Shown here: positions 1 through 12,079 of the stretch, in pieces
How positions within the stretch are numbered: the first letter of the stretch is position 1
Layout of the letters: each line of letters opens with the position of its first letter
Assembly: GCA_002269645.1 (NCBI GenBank)
Contig: NIVC01001450.1
Location: 1 to 64,000 of the forward strand
Reading direction: 5' to 3'
DNA from: Macrostomum lignano
Lineage: Eukaryota
Length of the DNA stretch: 64,000 nucleotides
Translations under genes and position numbers: made by a program
The notes under the pieces: model-generated
What the model saw: only the letters and a program-made list of their open reading frames with translations
What the model was told of the DNA's origin: nothing
Databases searched by the model: none

Positions 1-440
1 TGAGTAGTGAGGAAAGAATCTGAAGCGATTTTGAATCTTCTTTAGGTGTAGCATTTTTCACGTCCAGATTTAAGTGCAATCTACGCTTGAGTTCACAGTT
101 CCGCTGCCAACACAAATACAAGGCCGAAAAAATATGCAGACCTCACAACAAGGACCACTGCATTGAAGTTACCGTCGTAACTGTTACGGAACTTCTGGTG
201 GTCCTTGGCTCACAACAGGTCCTACAGGCGCTTTGACGATCGAGACAGATGTAAATTTAGAAACCCTATATTATATACTAACAACAGCATACAATTTTCG
301 CTTTCTGCTTGGATTGCAAATTAGTTATTAAAGGCCATTCATGTTTATTGTGACTTGAATTTATTACAACAGTAAAAAAAAGTACGCGAAGACAGGTTGT
401 CATGCTAGTTTCCATGTAAACTGTTCACTGTCCAACAGGC

Positions 441-1523
441 TCAGGTGTACATTAGCACCGGAGATCGCCTTAAGTGCTGCCTGAACGACTTATCTGCCTG
501 AACACGATGATGATAGTCAGGGCCAGTCCACTGCAGCATCAGGTCGCTGATGTCGTGCAGGTTGATAAGGAACCGTGTCTCCACGGGCGCATCCGGGTTC
601 TCCATGGAGTTGTACAGGCCGCGAATGCCGATAATCTTGGGGATGCAGGTCAGGAAGTACACCAGGTTGATCAGCACGATGGAGAGCGAGGCGGAGGTCT
701 CCTCGCGGCTCAGCTGTGGCCGCGTGGCTGCGGCCAGCCGCCCGGATTCACAACGCGCCTGCGCTGCCGAGTGATGCTCACGATGCGGCAGGTGATCAAG
801 ACATTGACGGCCAGGCGGGCGCGATAAGCAGAATGGAGGTGTCGCCAGCCACCAGCAGGCGGTAGACCATGCCGCGTAGTAGCTGGCAGACTTGGGCTTG
901 AACACGATGCCGCACAGGATGGAGGAGTTGTAGCCGCGCATCGGGACCGCCGTGTGGCCCATGATGACCACCATCGGCAGCGAGACCAGGATGGCCGCGG
1001 CCACGCTGGCCAGGACCCCCACGAAGGCGTGGTTCCGGGTCAGTCGGTGCGCCCACAGCGGCCAGTGGACAGTTCAGACAGCGGTCGATGGCGCCAGCCA
1101 GCAGCACAATGATGACGCACACGGCGCTGAATGCCTGGACAAAGCGCGCCGCTTTGCAGACGCCGTCGCTGTCGTTCATCAGCAAGTAGCCAGCACTGCC
1201 CCGAGTCATGAACGGGACGCCCCTGGCCGGGAAGACCCAGGCGAAGCCCACACCAAAGGACTGGACGGTGTCGCACAGGCAGAAGGCGCAGAGGTAGACG
1301 CTGAAGCGGCTCTCAGCCGCAGGCGCACGATGCAGACGTAGATGACGAGGCAGTTGCTGACCAGGCACAGGCCGAACATCAGCGGCAGGCCGTAGGCGGA
1401 CAGGACGCCCAGCATGGTGGCCAGAGCGCACTGCGCGCTGCTCTGGTCGGCTCGACACTCAACCAGCAGGTCCTCCTTCGTGTCCACAAACTGCTGGTTG
1501 CTGGCGTAATTTTCAGTTGTCAT
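441..1523 (-). pseudogene. Class A (rhodopsin-like) GPCR, intronless, broken by multiple frameshifts
   Basis: Hydrophobic TM segments can be stitched across the ORFs 1206-1523, 796-1458 and 441-1022. TM1 LPLMFGLCLVSNCLVIYV, TM2 FSVYLCAFCLCD, TM3 with DRY-like AIDRCL, TM4 VAAAILVSLPMVV, TM6 SLSIVLINLVYFLTCIPK, helix-8-like SFRQHL. Frame changes near 1312, 1072, 868, 820, 740 and 520. Confidence 0.75.
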
Positions 1524-2447
1524 GACAACATGCAGTTGGGACTACGCAGAGAGACTATATCGATAGTTGCTACCTAGTTTGAAGGCCACAAGAAACCACA
1601 AGGAAGCGTGGCCGCTCACAGGTGGGTGGAGTAGGCAGGTAAGTCAGCAGGCTAATATTGAAGGCGTTGCTGGCAGCCGATAAAGATAACAGATAACAGC
1701 CGCGCTGTTTTTCCAGCAGTCAGGCACGTCCGTAGGGTCAAGTCAGATAGCCGTGGGCTTTTAGAGGCAGAATCTGGATGGGAAACTGACCAATGAGGAG
1801 GCTGATGGGGGCTACTTTTGGTATTCATGACTTAAAAATATGAATTTATAAATGTGGTTCTTTAAAAAATTCTTACGAGAATGATTAGTGCTGTTGGTGT
1901 TCTCATTTCGCACCTACAGCAAGTCTATCGATACAAGCGTATAGTCGCAACCCCTCTCGATGCTTTGATCATAAGATAGCAACAACTGCTAACTACTTTT
2001 GTTTATCTTTGAGCACTTGTGTAGGCCAGGAAAATGGGTGCTATACCCAGCCCAGCCAGCAATTTCCACTCCTGCAGTTTCTTTATCTAGAGCTCCATGT
2101 GAAAGCAGACCATTGCGGCAGTAAGCAATAGGCATTTCGAATGAGCAAAATAAATGCTCCGTCAGTGCAAAAGATCCGGAAGCACGTTTGACCTCTATTT
2201 GATACGGCACAAAGTGATTTAAGTGCTTGGAGTGCCTCATGCAGTTGCTATGGCAGCGCAGGCTTTATTATTCTAAACACTCAAGTCTGCACGACGTGTA
2301 GGAAGAACGCGGCCTTGTCTCTGATGCATGTTGACGCATTGTTGATCTTTGCAGCTCCCCCCAAACCATTTCAAGTTTTGAGGACACAGTCAGCTTTGAA
2401 TTTTCTAAAAGTAGGTCACTGAATGGGGCACAACTCGGTGGGTCTGC

Positions 2448-2492
2448 TTAGTGACCAGATTGCACACTGATTAGTGACCAGATTGCACACTG
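2448..2492. repeat. Two isolated copies of the 23-bp TTAGTGACCAGATTGCACACTGA unit
   Basis: Same unit as the 3042-3940 array, about 550 bp upstream of it. Confidence 0.85.
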
Positions 2493-3041
2493 AAGGTGCC
2501 GACGGCGTCGGGGTGATGGCTGAATGTTAGACTGACTAGCTGAGGATGTCCAGCAGTTGATTTTTGCCGACTGTCGAGGCTTGATCAGCGAAAATAGAGA
2601 AATCCGCATCAGGGTGTCCATAGTCACCTGGTGCCACAGCTGTTGAGGGTCCAGAAGCTCCACCTGGGTAAAGGCTAGGGACCAACGAAGTCAGAACTGA
2701 TGCGGACACATGTGGTCGATGTTCTGATGAAATTTGGAGACTTGGCAAGGCCGCACTGAGGCGCAGTGCTAATTGGCGCACAGGGGTGTACTGATGGGAA
2801 TATGGGGAAAAATCCGACCTTCTGGCAGAATCGTCGAATATCTCGACGGTCCGGAGGGCTGGCGACTTGATTCTTGTTTGAGAAGGTGCGCAACAAAAAG
2901 TTAGCCCGTGTTCTTGAATTTCGTGTGCCTGCGTTGCTCCGTTCTGGCGCAGCAAAAAAAATTGTCAGGGGGGGGGGGCAATTTCCCCCTTCCCCTATTT
3001 GGTAGTTCGACGGGCGGAAAAATGGCTTGGCATTGCTACTG

Positions 3042-3940
3042 TTAGTGACCATGACCAGAATTGCACACTGATTAGTGACCAGATTGCACTGATTAGTGAC
3101 CAGATTGCACAGTGATTAGTGACCAGATTGCACTGATTAGTGACCAGAATTGCACACTGATTAGTGACCAGATTACACTGATTAGTGACCAGATTGCACA
3201 CTGATTAGTGACCAGATTGCACTGATTAGTGACCAGATTGCACAGTGATTAGTGACCAGATTGCACTGATTAGTGACCAGAATTGCACACTGATTAGTGA
3301 CCAGATTACACTGATTAGTGACCAGATTGCACACTGATTAGTGACCAGATTGCACAGTGATTAGTGACCACATTGCACACTGATTAGTGACCAGAATTGC
3401 ACACTGATTAGTGACCAGATTGCACTGATTAGTGACCAGAATTGCACACTGATTAGTGACCAGATTACACTGATTAGTGACCAGATTGCACACTGATTAG
3501 TGACCAGATTGCACAGTGATTAGTGACCAGATTGCACACTGATTAGTGACCAGATTGCACACTGATTAGTGACCAGAATTGCACACTGATTAGTGACCAG
3601 ATTGCACTGATTAGTGACCAGATTGCACACTGATTAGTGACCAGATTACACTGATTAGTGACCAGATTGCACACTGATTAGTGACCAGATTGCACAGTGA
3701 TTAGTGACCAGATTGCACACTGATTAGTGACCAAATTGCACTGATTAGTGACCAGATTGCACAGTGATTAGTGACCAGATTGCACACTGATTAGTGACCA
3801 AATTGCACTGATTAGTGACCAGATTGCACAGTGATTAGTGACCAAATTGCACACTGATTAGTGACCAGATTGCTTACTGATTAGTGCCCAGATTGCACAC
3901 TGATCTGTGACCAGATTGCACACTGATTAGTGACCAGAAT
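3042..3940. repeat. Minisatellite, 21-24-bp unit TGATTAGTGACCAGATTGCACAC, about 39 copies
   Basis: Direct tandem copies with small indel variants and no unique spacers. Confidence 0.95.
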
Positions 3941-4512
3941 TTCAAAACGATGGCTAAACGTCATTCCTTCCAACTCGATCCCCAAAGCAACTGACACAAA
4001 AAACATTTTCCTAGCGGGAATTAACGCTTACGCACAAGTGCAACATTTCCTTAGCGCGGATTGCTCCATCGGGGAATTGTTGCAGTGAAATATACTGTGC
4101 ATTAGTAACGAATTTATACACTATATATATATATATATTTAAATAAATTATGTCATTATCCATGATGATGCGGGCAGCAGTGAATGTACACCGCAGGCGG
4201 AGGCGAGACAGTCAGAGCGCAAAATTCAAATTTCAATCGGACCAACTCCACTTGATGCGCTGTAGACAGATAGACAGACAGCTGTAACAACAGCAGCAGA
4301 CAGTGCGCAAGCATCCTGGCATGTTGATTAATAAAGCGCGGCACACACGTCAAAGCAGACAAAAAAATAAAGTCAGCTAAAAATACACGACAGTTATTTG
4401 CGCAATTTCTATAACCTCTGTTCTCTCGACTCTCTGTACCGTTTGTCAGAGTAAAACATTTCCAAATTTGCGCTGTTGCAATTCACTGCATATAGTCTGT
4501 TTGTCTTGAACG

Positions 4513-4568
4513 CTCACACAGGGTGTACAGCCGCCCTGACTTTCTAATCCTTCGGGCATGTACACTCT
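4513..4568 (-). mobile_element. Fragment related to the SINE central domain
   Basis: Minus strand GTGTACATGCCC...AAAGTCAGGGCGGCTGTACACCCTGTGTGAG resembles GTGTACATGCCT...AAAGTTAGGGCCGCTGTACACTCCTGTGTGAG of the SINE at 54704-55066. Confidence 0.45.
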
Positions 4569-4680
4569 CCGTGGCTTGCAATCGCCCGAGAACCCCTTAG
4601 CCAATTTTTGTGCACACAAGATCCAAATGAATGCGCCTTCGACCACGGCACCGAAGCAGGGGATTGTGCGTTTACAAAAC

Positions 4681-6227
4681 TAGGGAATGGGGGACACTAG
4701 GGGATGGGGAACACCAGGGGTGGGGGACACTAGGGGATGGGGGACACTAGGGGAAGGGGAACACCAGGGGGTGGGGGACACTAGGGAATGGGGGACACTA
4801 GGGGAAGGGGAACACCAGGGGATGGGGAACACTAGGGAATGGGGGACACTAGGGGATGGGGAACACTAGGGGATGGGGGACACTAGGGGATGGGGAACAC
4901 CAGGGGGTGGGGGACACTAGGGAATGGGGGACACTAGGGGATGGGGGACACTAGGGGATGGGGGACACTAGGGGAAGGGGAACACCAGGGGATGGGGAAC
5001 ACTAGGGAATGGGGGACACTAGGGATGGGGAACACTAGGGGATGGGAAACACCAGGGGATGGGGAACACTAGGGGATGGGGAACACTAGGGGATAGGAAA
5101 CACCAGGGGATGGGGAACACTAGGGAATGGGGAACACTAGGGGATGGGGAACACTAGGGGATGGGAAACACCAGGGGATGGGGAACACTAGGGGATGGGA
5201 AACACCAGGGGATGGGGAACACTAGGGAATGGGGAACACTAGGGGATGGGAAACACCAGGGGATGGGGAACACCAGGGGATGGGGAACACCAGGGGATGG
5301 GGAAAACTCGGGGATGGGGAACACTCGGGGATGGGGACACTAGGGAAAGGGGAACACAAGGGGATGGGGGACACTAGGGGATGGGGACACTAGGGATGGG
5401 GACACTAGGGGATGGGGACACTAGGGGATGGGGAACACTAGGGGAAGGGGGACACTAGAGGGTGGGGGACACTAGGGGATGGGGGACACTAGGGAATGGG
5501 GAACACTAGGGGAAGGGGGACACTAGGGGATGGGGACACTAGGGAATGGGGAACACTAGGGAAAGGGGGACACTAGGGGGTGGGGAACACTAGGGGATGG
5601 GGAACACTAGGGGAAGGGGGACACTAGAGGGTGGGGGACACTAGGGGATGGGGGACACTAGGGAATGAGGAACACTAGGGGATGGGGACACTAGGGGATG
5701 AGGGGACACTCGAGGGTGGGGAACACTAGGGGAAGGGGAACACAAGGGGATGGGGACACTAGGGGAAGGGGGACACTCGAGGGTGGGGAACACTAGGGGA
5801 TGGGGGACACTCGAGGGTGGGGAACACTAGGGGATGGGGGACACTAGGGGATGGGGACACTAGGGGATGGGGACACTAGGGAATGGGGAACACTAGGGGA
5901 AGGGGAACACTAGGGAAGGGGAACACAAGGGGATGGGGACACTAGGGGATGGGGACACTAGGGGAAGGGGAACACAAGGGGATGGGGATACTAGGGGATG
6001 GGGAACACTAGGGATGGGGATACTAGGGGATGGGGACACTAGGGGATGGGGAACACCAGGGGATGGGGGACACTAGGGGATGGGGGACACTAGGGGGAAG
6101 GGGAACACAAGGGGATGGGGGACACTAGGGGAAGGGGAACACCAGGGGATGGGGGACACTAGGGGATGGGGGACACTAGGGGAAGGGGAACACAAGGGGG
6201 TGGGGGACACTAGGGGAAGGGGAACAC
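4681..6227. repeat. G-rich minisatellite, 16-19-bp units (GGGGAACACTAGGGGATG type)
   Basis: About 1.55 kb of tandem variants with regularly spaced GGG(G) runs. Confidence 0.95.
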
Positions 6228-6570
6228 CCCTCCCCATGCACAGTCTCATTGTGGAGCAAATTTGAAAATGACTTTATCTAACAAATGATACTTGACAGCA
6301 AACACTTACTGCATGCCGCAGATTAAAAGTAGCAGAGAGCAAAAAACAAACAAAAAGCCAAGAAACGGAGCAAAAGAAAAAAAGCATTATTGGACAAAAA
6401 CTTCGACGGAGATGCAAATTAACAGGAAATTAGATTTCTACAATTATAGCAAGCGCAGATGGGAAAAAGCTACCACAGAACCGCAAGTTTAAAGCAAAAT
6501 GGATAACGCACAAACGCACAAACACGATGCACTGTTAATATCGAGACAATCTGCAGGTGGGGCTGGATTA

Positions 6571-9500
6571 TCATTTCTTCTTGCTCAGAGCGATGGTGCC
6601 GATGTCCAGCCGCACCTTCTGCCGCTCCTTCGGCGCCTCAACGTTCATCACGAAGCTGCGAGGTCGGAATTTTGATTTTCCAGCTGCTGAGCACCAAACA
6701 GCAAATTATGAATAGTGAAATCACTGTTTCACTTACCTTTTGAACTGCTCCACAACTGGGTCCACCTCTTCTCCCTCGCAGCTGCCAAGGCGCGGTTTGA
6801 ATACTTCCTCTGCCACAGGGGTAAGCAAATGCACTGCTGTTTGTCATGGGATTAATGATAATGAAGTACGCAAATCTAATTCCTACCTGCACCCAGTCCA
6901 CCTGTACCCAGCCTCCCTGCACCCAGCCTCCCTGCACCCAGTCCACCTGCACCCAGCCTCTCTGCACCCAGCCTCCCCTGCATCCAGCATCTCACAAAAA
7001 TCTAAGCCCTGCACCCAAATGCCCCAACCCTTCACCCAAATGTCCCAACCCTGCACCCAAATGCCCCAACCCTGCACCCAAATGTCCTAACCCTGCACCC
7101 AAATGCCCCAACCCTGCACCCAAATGTCCTAACCCTGCACCTAAATGTCCCAACCCTGCACCCAAATGTTCCGACCCTGCACCCAAATGAAATGCCCCAA
7201 CCCTGCACCCAAATGCCCCAACCCTGCACCCAAATGTTCCGACCCTGCACCCAAATGAAATGCCCCAACCCTGCACCCAAATGCCCCAACCCTGCACCCA
7301 AATGTCCCAACCCTGCACCCAAATGTCCCAATCCTGCACCCAAATGTCCCAACCCTGCACTCAAATGTCCCAACCCTGCACTCACCAATATCTTCTCTAG
7401 CGGGTCCGTTTCTACTGCCAGTTGCTGTCTGTCGATGCTGCTGCTGCTGATGTTGTCTCTGTTGCTGCGGCTGCTTGCCGCGATGCTGGTAGCCCAGCTG
7501 ATGGCGCTGCTGGGGTCTGAATTGCAGTGGCTGCTGCTGCTGCTGCTGCTGCTGCTGCAGCTGCTGCTGCATTGAACCGCCTATTGCCGCTGGTGACGGT
7601 GCAAAGTTCTTGGTTCTACCAAAGCTGTACACATGCTGCTGTTGCTGTTGCCTTGTCTGCTGGTGCGCCTGCTGCCGACTCGAGCTGACTATGGTGCGGG
7701 TCTGCCTGACCTGCCTGGAATATTGCTGCTGCTGCTGCTGAGGAGGATGGTTACTGAAGTACTGCTGATGCGGCTGCTGCTGGTAGTGCTGGTAGCTATT
7801 GCTCTGGTGCCGACTCTTGGCTCCAATGGCTCCGTTAGCAACGGTTGCTAGGGGCTGCTGCTGCTGCTGCTGCTGCTGATTTGCACCGATTGGCGGAGCT
7901 GCGGCGGAGGCGGCGGGGTGGGCAAAGCCGCGAGGCCTCGCGCCGATGGAGCAGCCGTACTTGCTGCTGCCGTTGCTGCTGGGAGCTGCAGGCTTGCGTG
8001 ATGGCTGGCTGGCCGCCTCCTGCCGCTGCTGACTGGAGGCCGCCGCCGCAGACTTGGGCGCCTCTGCCGGCTGCTCCGGCACCGCCTTGGACCGCGGGGT
8101 CTCCACTGGAACGTCGGCGCTAGGCGCCGGAGATTCGGCCGCCTCATCGACATCCGCAGCCTCCAGACAGTTCGAGGATTTCGCATTCGGCTTCTTAGCG
8201 GCCGCCTTTTTGGCCTTCTGCCTGGCCTTCTTGGCCTCCCGCTTGGCCGCCGTAGAGGTCGCCGGCTCGCCCTCGATGAACTTCACCAGCTCGTCGATGT
8301 CGCCGCCTTCGGCCGCCGGCTGCGGCTGCTGCTGCGCGGCCTCTTGCCGCTGCTGCTGCAGCTCCTTCTTGCGCTTTAGCTTCTGCCGCAGCTGCTCGCG
8401 CTTCTCGTAGAATTTCGGCGGCACGGCCGGTTGCTGGCCAGCCGGGGTGCCGCCCGCGTGCCCGAACACCTCGCAGTAGCAGCAGTCGCAGAACTTCGAA
8501 TTCGGCGATGTTGACAACGGCGTGATTGCGCCGACCTCTAAAGACCGCGACCCGCCCGAAGGCGACAGAGAAACTCCGCGACGCCCACCGCCACCGTCGC
8601 CGCGACTGGAGGCGACATTCGCTGCCGCCGACTCGATGACCGCCGAGGCCACCGAAGCCGCGGCGGCGTTGCGCGACTCTGCGCCGCTGCCTTCGCCATC
8701 GCCGCTGCCGCCACCGCGCCTCAACCGGCGTCTCTGCCGCGCCCGCCCGCGCTGGTCGGCCATGACAGCGGCGGCGGCGGCCTCGAAATTCGACCCGGAT
8801 CGCGACGAACCCGTAGACGAAGAAGTGGAGTAGAAGGACGAGTCGGATAGCGACAGCCGGTCAGGCGAATCGGCCGGAGACGACGACGCCGAGGAGCCGC
8901 CGGACGCCGAGTCCGCGCCGCTGCCGCAGCGACAGGAGCCCCGCGAGCCGGCGGAGCAGCCGCGCTGCTGCTCCCGCTGCTCCTGCTGCCGCCGCCTGCG
9001 CCTCCGCCTTTGCCGCCGCTCCGCTTCGACCTCGGCTTCGAGATCCTCAGCGTCGACGAAGCCGGGCCGCATGCCGCAGGTCACGTAGTGAGAGAATGAG
9101 CACACCGAGCAGGCGCACAGGGTGCGACGGCACTTCATGCATGTGTACGAGGACGCCGCCGTGCCATCCAAGCCGCTGGTTGACGCAGTAGATGAGGCTG
9201 AAGATGCTGCCGCTGCTGGCGACTGGCTGCCGCCGGCCGGACTGGCGCCGTTTAACTGACCGCCTGATGGAGGGGGAGAGAGCGAGGGTTCAGTAGTGGG
9301 ACAGTAGGGTCTTCTGGTGGTAGATCAGTAGCATCAGATGGAATATCAAAGTAGTTAAGATTTTTAGGACACATGGATCAGATCAGAGCAGTCAGTGGGA
9401 TCAGAGTAGTCAGTGGGATCAGACCAGTGGGACCAGAGGTCGGTGGCAGCTCACCCTGGCTGACGTGCATCTTATACAGCTGGCGCATGAGAGACTCGTC

Positions 9501-10958
9501 GGACAGCAGGTCCTCGGCCAGGCCAAGGCAGGCGGCAGCGGTGGGCGGCGGACAGTTCCTCTCCTGCCAGGTGTCAAGCAGCTGCTGTGCCTTGCGCCAC
9601 CGCTTGGCCACCTCAGACATCGCCGAGTCCAGCTCGAGGAATCGCTTCAACGGCGACGGAGTCTCGCGTTCGTCTGGCAGCGGCTTGAGCCGCTCCATGA
9701 GCACGCAGTGCACCGCGCGCATCTGGTCACAGCAGTACACCAGCGAGTGGAACCAGTGCTGGCACAGCAGCTCCCAGGACAGGTCCATCTCTGACAGGTG
9801 CGTCGCCTCTAGTGTGCGAATCACCTCTGACTGACGCTTTGCTGTCCGGCGGAGGCGCTCGAACTCGCGGCATATGGCCAGCACGAAGGCGCGGCAGTGC
9901 TCTCGCTTGCCCAGCCCCGTGTCCTTCAGCTGCGCCAGCAGCCGGTTCTGCGCGTCTTGCACCTGGCGGTTGAGGAAAGGGCTGGCTGAGCGATTGGAGT
10001 GTATGGGTCATGGGGGAGAAAAAGGGGAATTGAATAATATAGGGGATGGGATTGGGGAACACTAGGGGATGGGGATTGGGGAACACTAGGGGATGGGGAT
10101 TGGGAACACTAAGGGATGGGGATTGGGGAACACTAGGGGATGGGGATTGGGGGACATTAGGGGATGGGGATTGGGGAACATTAGGGGATGGGGATTGGGG
10201 AACATTAGGGGATGGGGATTGGGGAACATTAGGGGATGGGGATTGGGGAACACTAGGGGATGGGGATTGGGGGACATTAGGGGATGGGGATTGGGGAACA
10301 TTAGGGGATGGGGATTGGGGAACATTAGGGGATGGGGATTGGGGAACATTAGGGGATGGGGATTGGGGGACACTAGGGGATTGGGATTTGGGAACACTAA
10401 GGGATGGGGATTGGGGAACACTAGGGGATGGGGATTGGGGGACATTAGGGGATGGGGATTGGGGAACACTAGGGGATGGGGATTGGGGAACACTAAGGGA
10501 TGGGGATTTGGGAACTTTAGGGGATGGGGATTGGGGAACACTAGGGGATGGCAAGAAGCAGCTACCTGCTGCCGGCCCACATCCTCGAGCGCATTGTACA
10601 GAGCTCCGGGGTCCCGATCGACCAGCCAGTCGGCCATCCGCGCCAGCTTGGGATCCGGGGTTGCCGGCTGCTGCAGCTGCTGATCCGCGCAGTCGCCGCC
10701 GCTGCTCAGCGCTCGAAGGCTTCGCTGCACCCTGGCGGCAACGGTGGCCACCCGCCTCCGGCCGGCGCTCCCGGCGGCGCTGGCCGCCCGGCAGACACGG
10801 CAGTCGCAGGGCGCGTCCGTTTGGTCGGCGGGGGCTTCCAGCTCGTCGGTCGGGGTGGTCGACTTTTCCGCGGCCGTTGCAGAGGCCGGCGGAGGCGGTG
10901 GAGGAGGCGGAGGCGGTGGCGGCCGGGCGGGATCGGCGGCCGGATCCGGGCCGCTCAT
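6571..10958 (-). CDS. FAM193: FAM193-family protein, 5 coding exons, 978 aa
   Basis: Exons 10958-10566, 9962-9455, 9263-7386, 6809-6737 and 6655-6571, all GT-AG with consistent phases, total 2937 nt. In-frame TGA lies just upstream of the ATG. Family motifs: CDCRVC, CDCCYCEVFGH...KREQLRQKLKRKKE, DIDELVKFI, and the C-terminal EEVFKP...VEQFKSFVMN...RQKVRLDIGTIALSKKK*. Long Q/A/S-rich low-complexity linkers. Confidence 0.88.
6886..7380. repeat. Intronic minisatellites: 15-bp CCTGCACCCAGTCCA-type, then 21-bp CCCTGCACCCAAATGTCCCAA-type
   Basis: Fills most of FAM193 intron 3 (6810-7385). Both units share CCTGCACCCA. Confidence 0.9.
10041..10550. repeat. Intronic 24-bp minisatellite GGGGATTGGGGAACACTAGGGGAT
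   Basis: About 21 copies filling FAM193 intron 1. The core is shared with the 4681-6227 array. Confidence 0.92.
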
Positions 10959-11196
10959 GACGATCGCTCAGCCGGCGTCAAGCGGAGGGCGGCTGAGTGG
11001 CGACGATGGCAGAATGGCCGATTGGATGACGCCACGGTTCAGGTCCTGGCGGATGGCTGTTGGACCTGAAAGATGCGGGCGTGTTTTATTATTTTAAAGA
11101 GCCCTGAGACTCCTATGGTAGTTAAATATACATGCGGTTACTATTAGAAACATAAAAAAGTGTTTTAATGCCCTTGGGATCATGCTTGGGAGCGAT

Positions 11197-11336
11197 CTTG
11201 GGAATCACCCAGCCGTTTCTATTGGCAACACACCCATGTACGTCGCTATTCGACAGAATAGTAGTCACGTGACTGCTCTCAGCCAATAGCGACTTACACA
11301 TGTGTTACCAATAGAAACAGCCGGGCGATTCCCAAG
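11197..11336. promoter_or_regulatory. Imperfect 140-bp palindrome upstream of FAM193 with CCAAT boxes and a central GTCACGTGAC E-box
   Basis: Arms CTTGGGAATCACCCAGCCGTTTCTATTGGCAACACA and TGTGTTACCAATAGAAACAGCCGGGCGATTCCCAAG. GTCACGTGAC at 11264-11273. Located about 240 bp upstream of the ATG. The regulatory role is inferred. Confidence 0.5.
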
Positions 11337-12079
11337 GTTGCGCATCATGTATGTTTGGGATGGATGAATGCTTCAAAGTTGAATTTCTTAAACTTGGGGA
11401 TTAAAGCTTAAGAATCTTTCTAAAGGTCAGTGCAAAAGGACCTTAATAAAAATAGGAAGGTCTTCCTATCTTTCTTAGATCTACTTTCATTTTTCAATAG
11501 CTTTATTCAGATTGAGCTCTAAGGTAGAAATGTTAATCTATATAATCTGTATAGACCCTATTGAAATGATGGCTTTAGTAAACTTGTTACACAAAGCATT
11601 TAGCTAGGGTAGATGTCATGTAATAAAGAAGTGTTAGGAGCAGGCCTAATTTCTTAATTGGTTGCTGCAGGGTGACAATGCTTTTCCATCAGTTGAACTT
11701 GTTTGTCTATTGGTTAGACAGATGGAGGAGTATAAAAGGTGAAACTTAACGATTGCATAGACTAAATTTGTAAATCTCCATCTTTGATACTCTCACCAAC
11801 TGCTGCTACTGCCTGTACGCATATTATTTATTTTTGCTCACCTATTTACCTCCTTTCTCTGTGCCCATCTGCCTATTTATGCTTATTTATGCTGACCTTT
11901 TTTGCTTATTGCCCACATTGCTTGTCTCTATTTGCCTTAATATGTCTAACAATCCTATGGAGCAGACAGGCTTTGCTACTTTGCTTTACAGGCCTACACA
12001 GCCACTGCATAAGGCACTGCACCAGCTCAGCTTTGCCCACAAAGCACCCTTGACAAGGCGATTAAACAAGCAGCATGGA

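Noticed and set aside
1989-2400. Possible degraded coding sequence between the GPCR and the first satellite
   Set aside because: No recognisable motif in any frame; cannot be supported without a search.
3042-3940. CRISPR-like appearance of this and other short-unit arrays (12080-12802, 32040-34510, 36140-36950, 61910-62400)
   Set aside because: Units are contiguous with no unique spacers, there are no cas genes, and the context is eukaryotic.
4687-7388. Many ORFs with GDTRGWG, PKCPNPA or WVQG repeats (also 9727-10683, 22544-22835, 31584-31955, 46568-47031, 60582-62399)
   Set aside because: They are translations of stop-poor minisatellites in introns or element interiors.
7192-9834. Plus-strand Leu/Ala-rich ORFs opposite FAM193, and similar shadows opposite the GPCR, Helitron, VMO1 and Ngaro genes
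   Set aside because: Antisense shadows of GC-rich coding sequence with no independent motifs.
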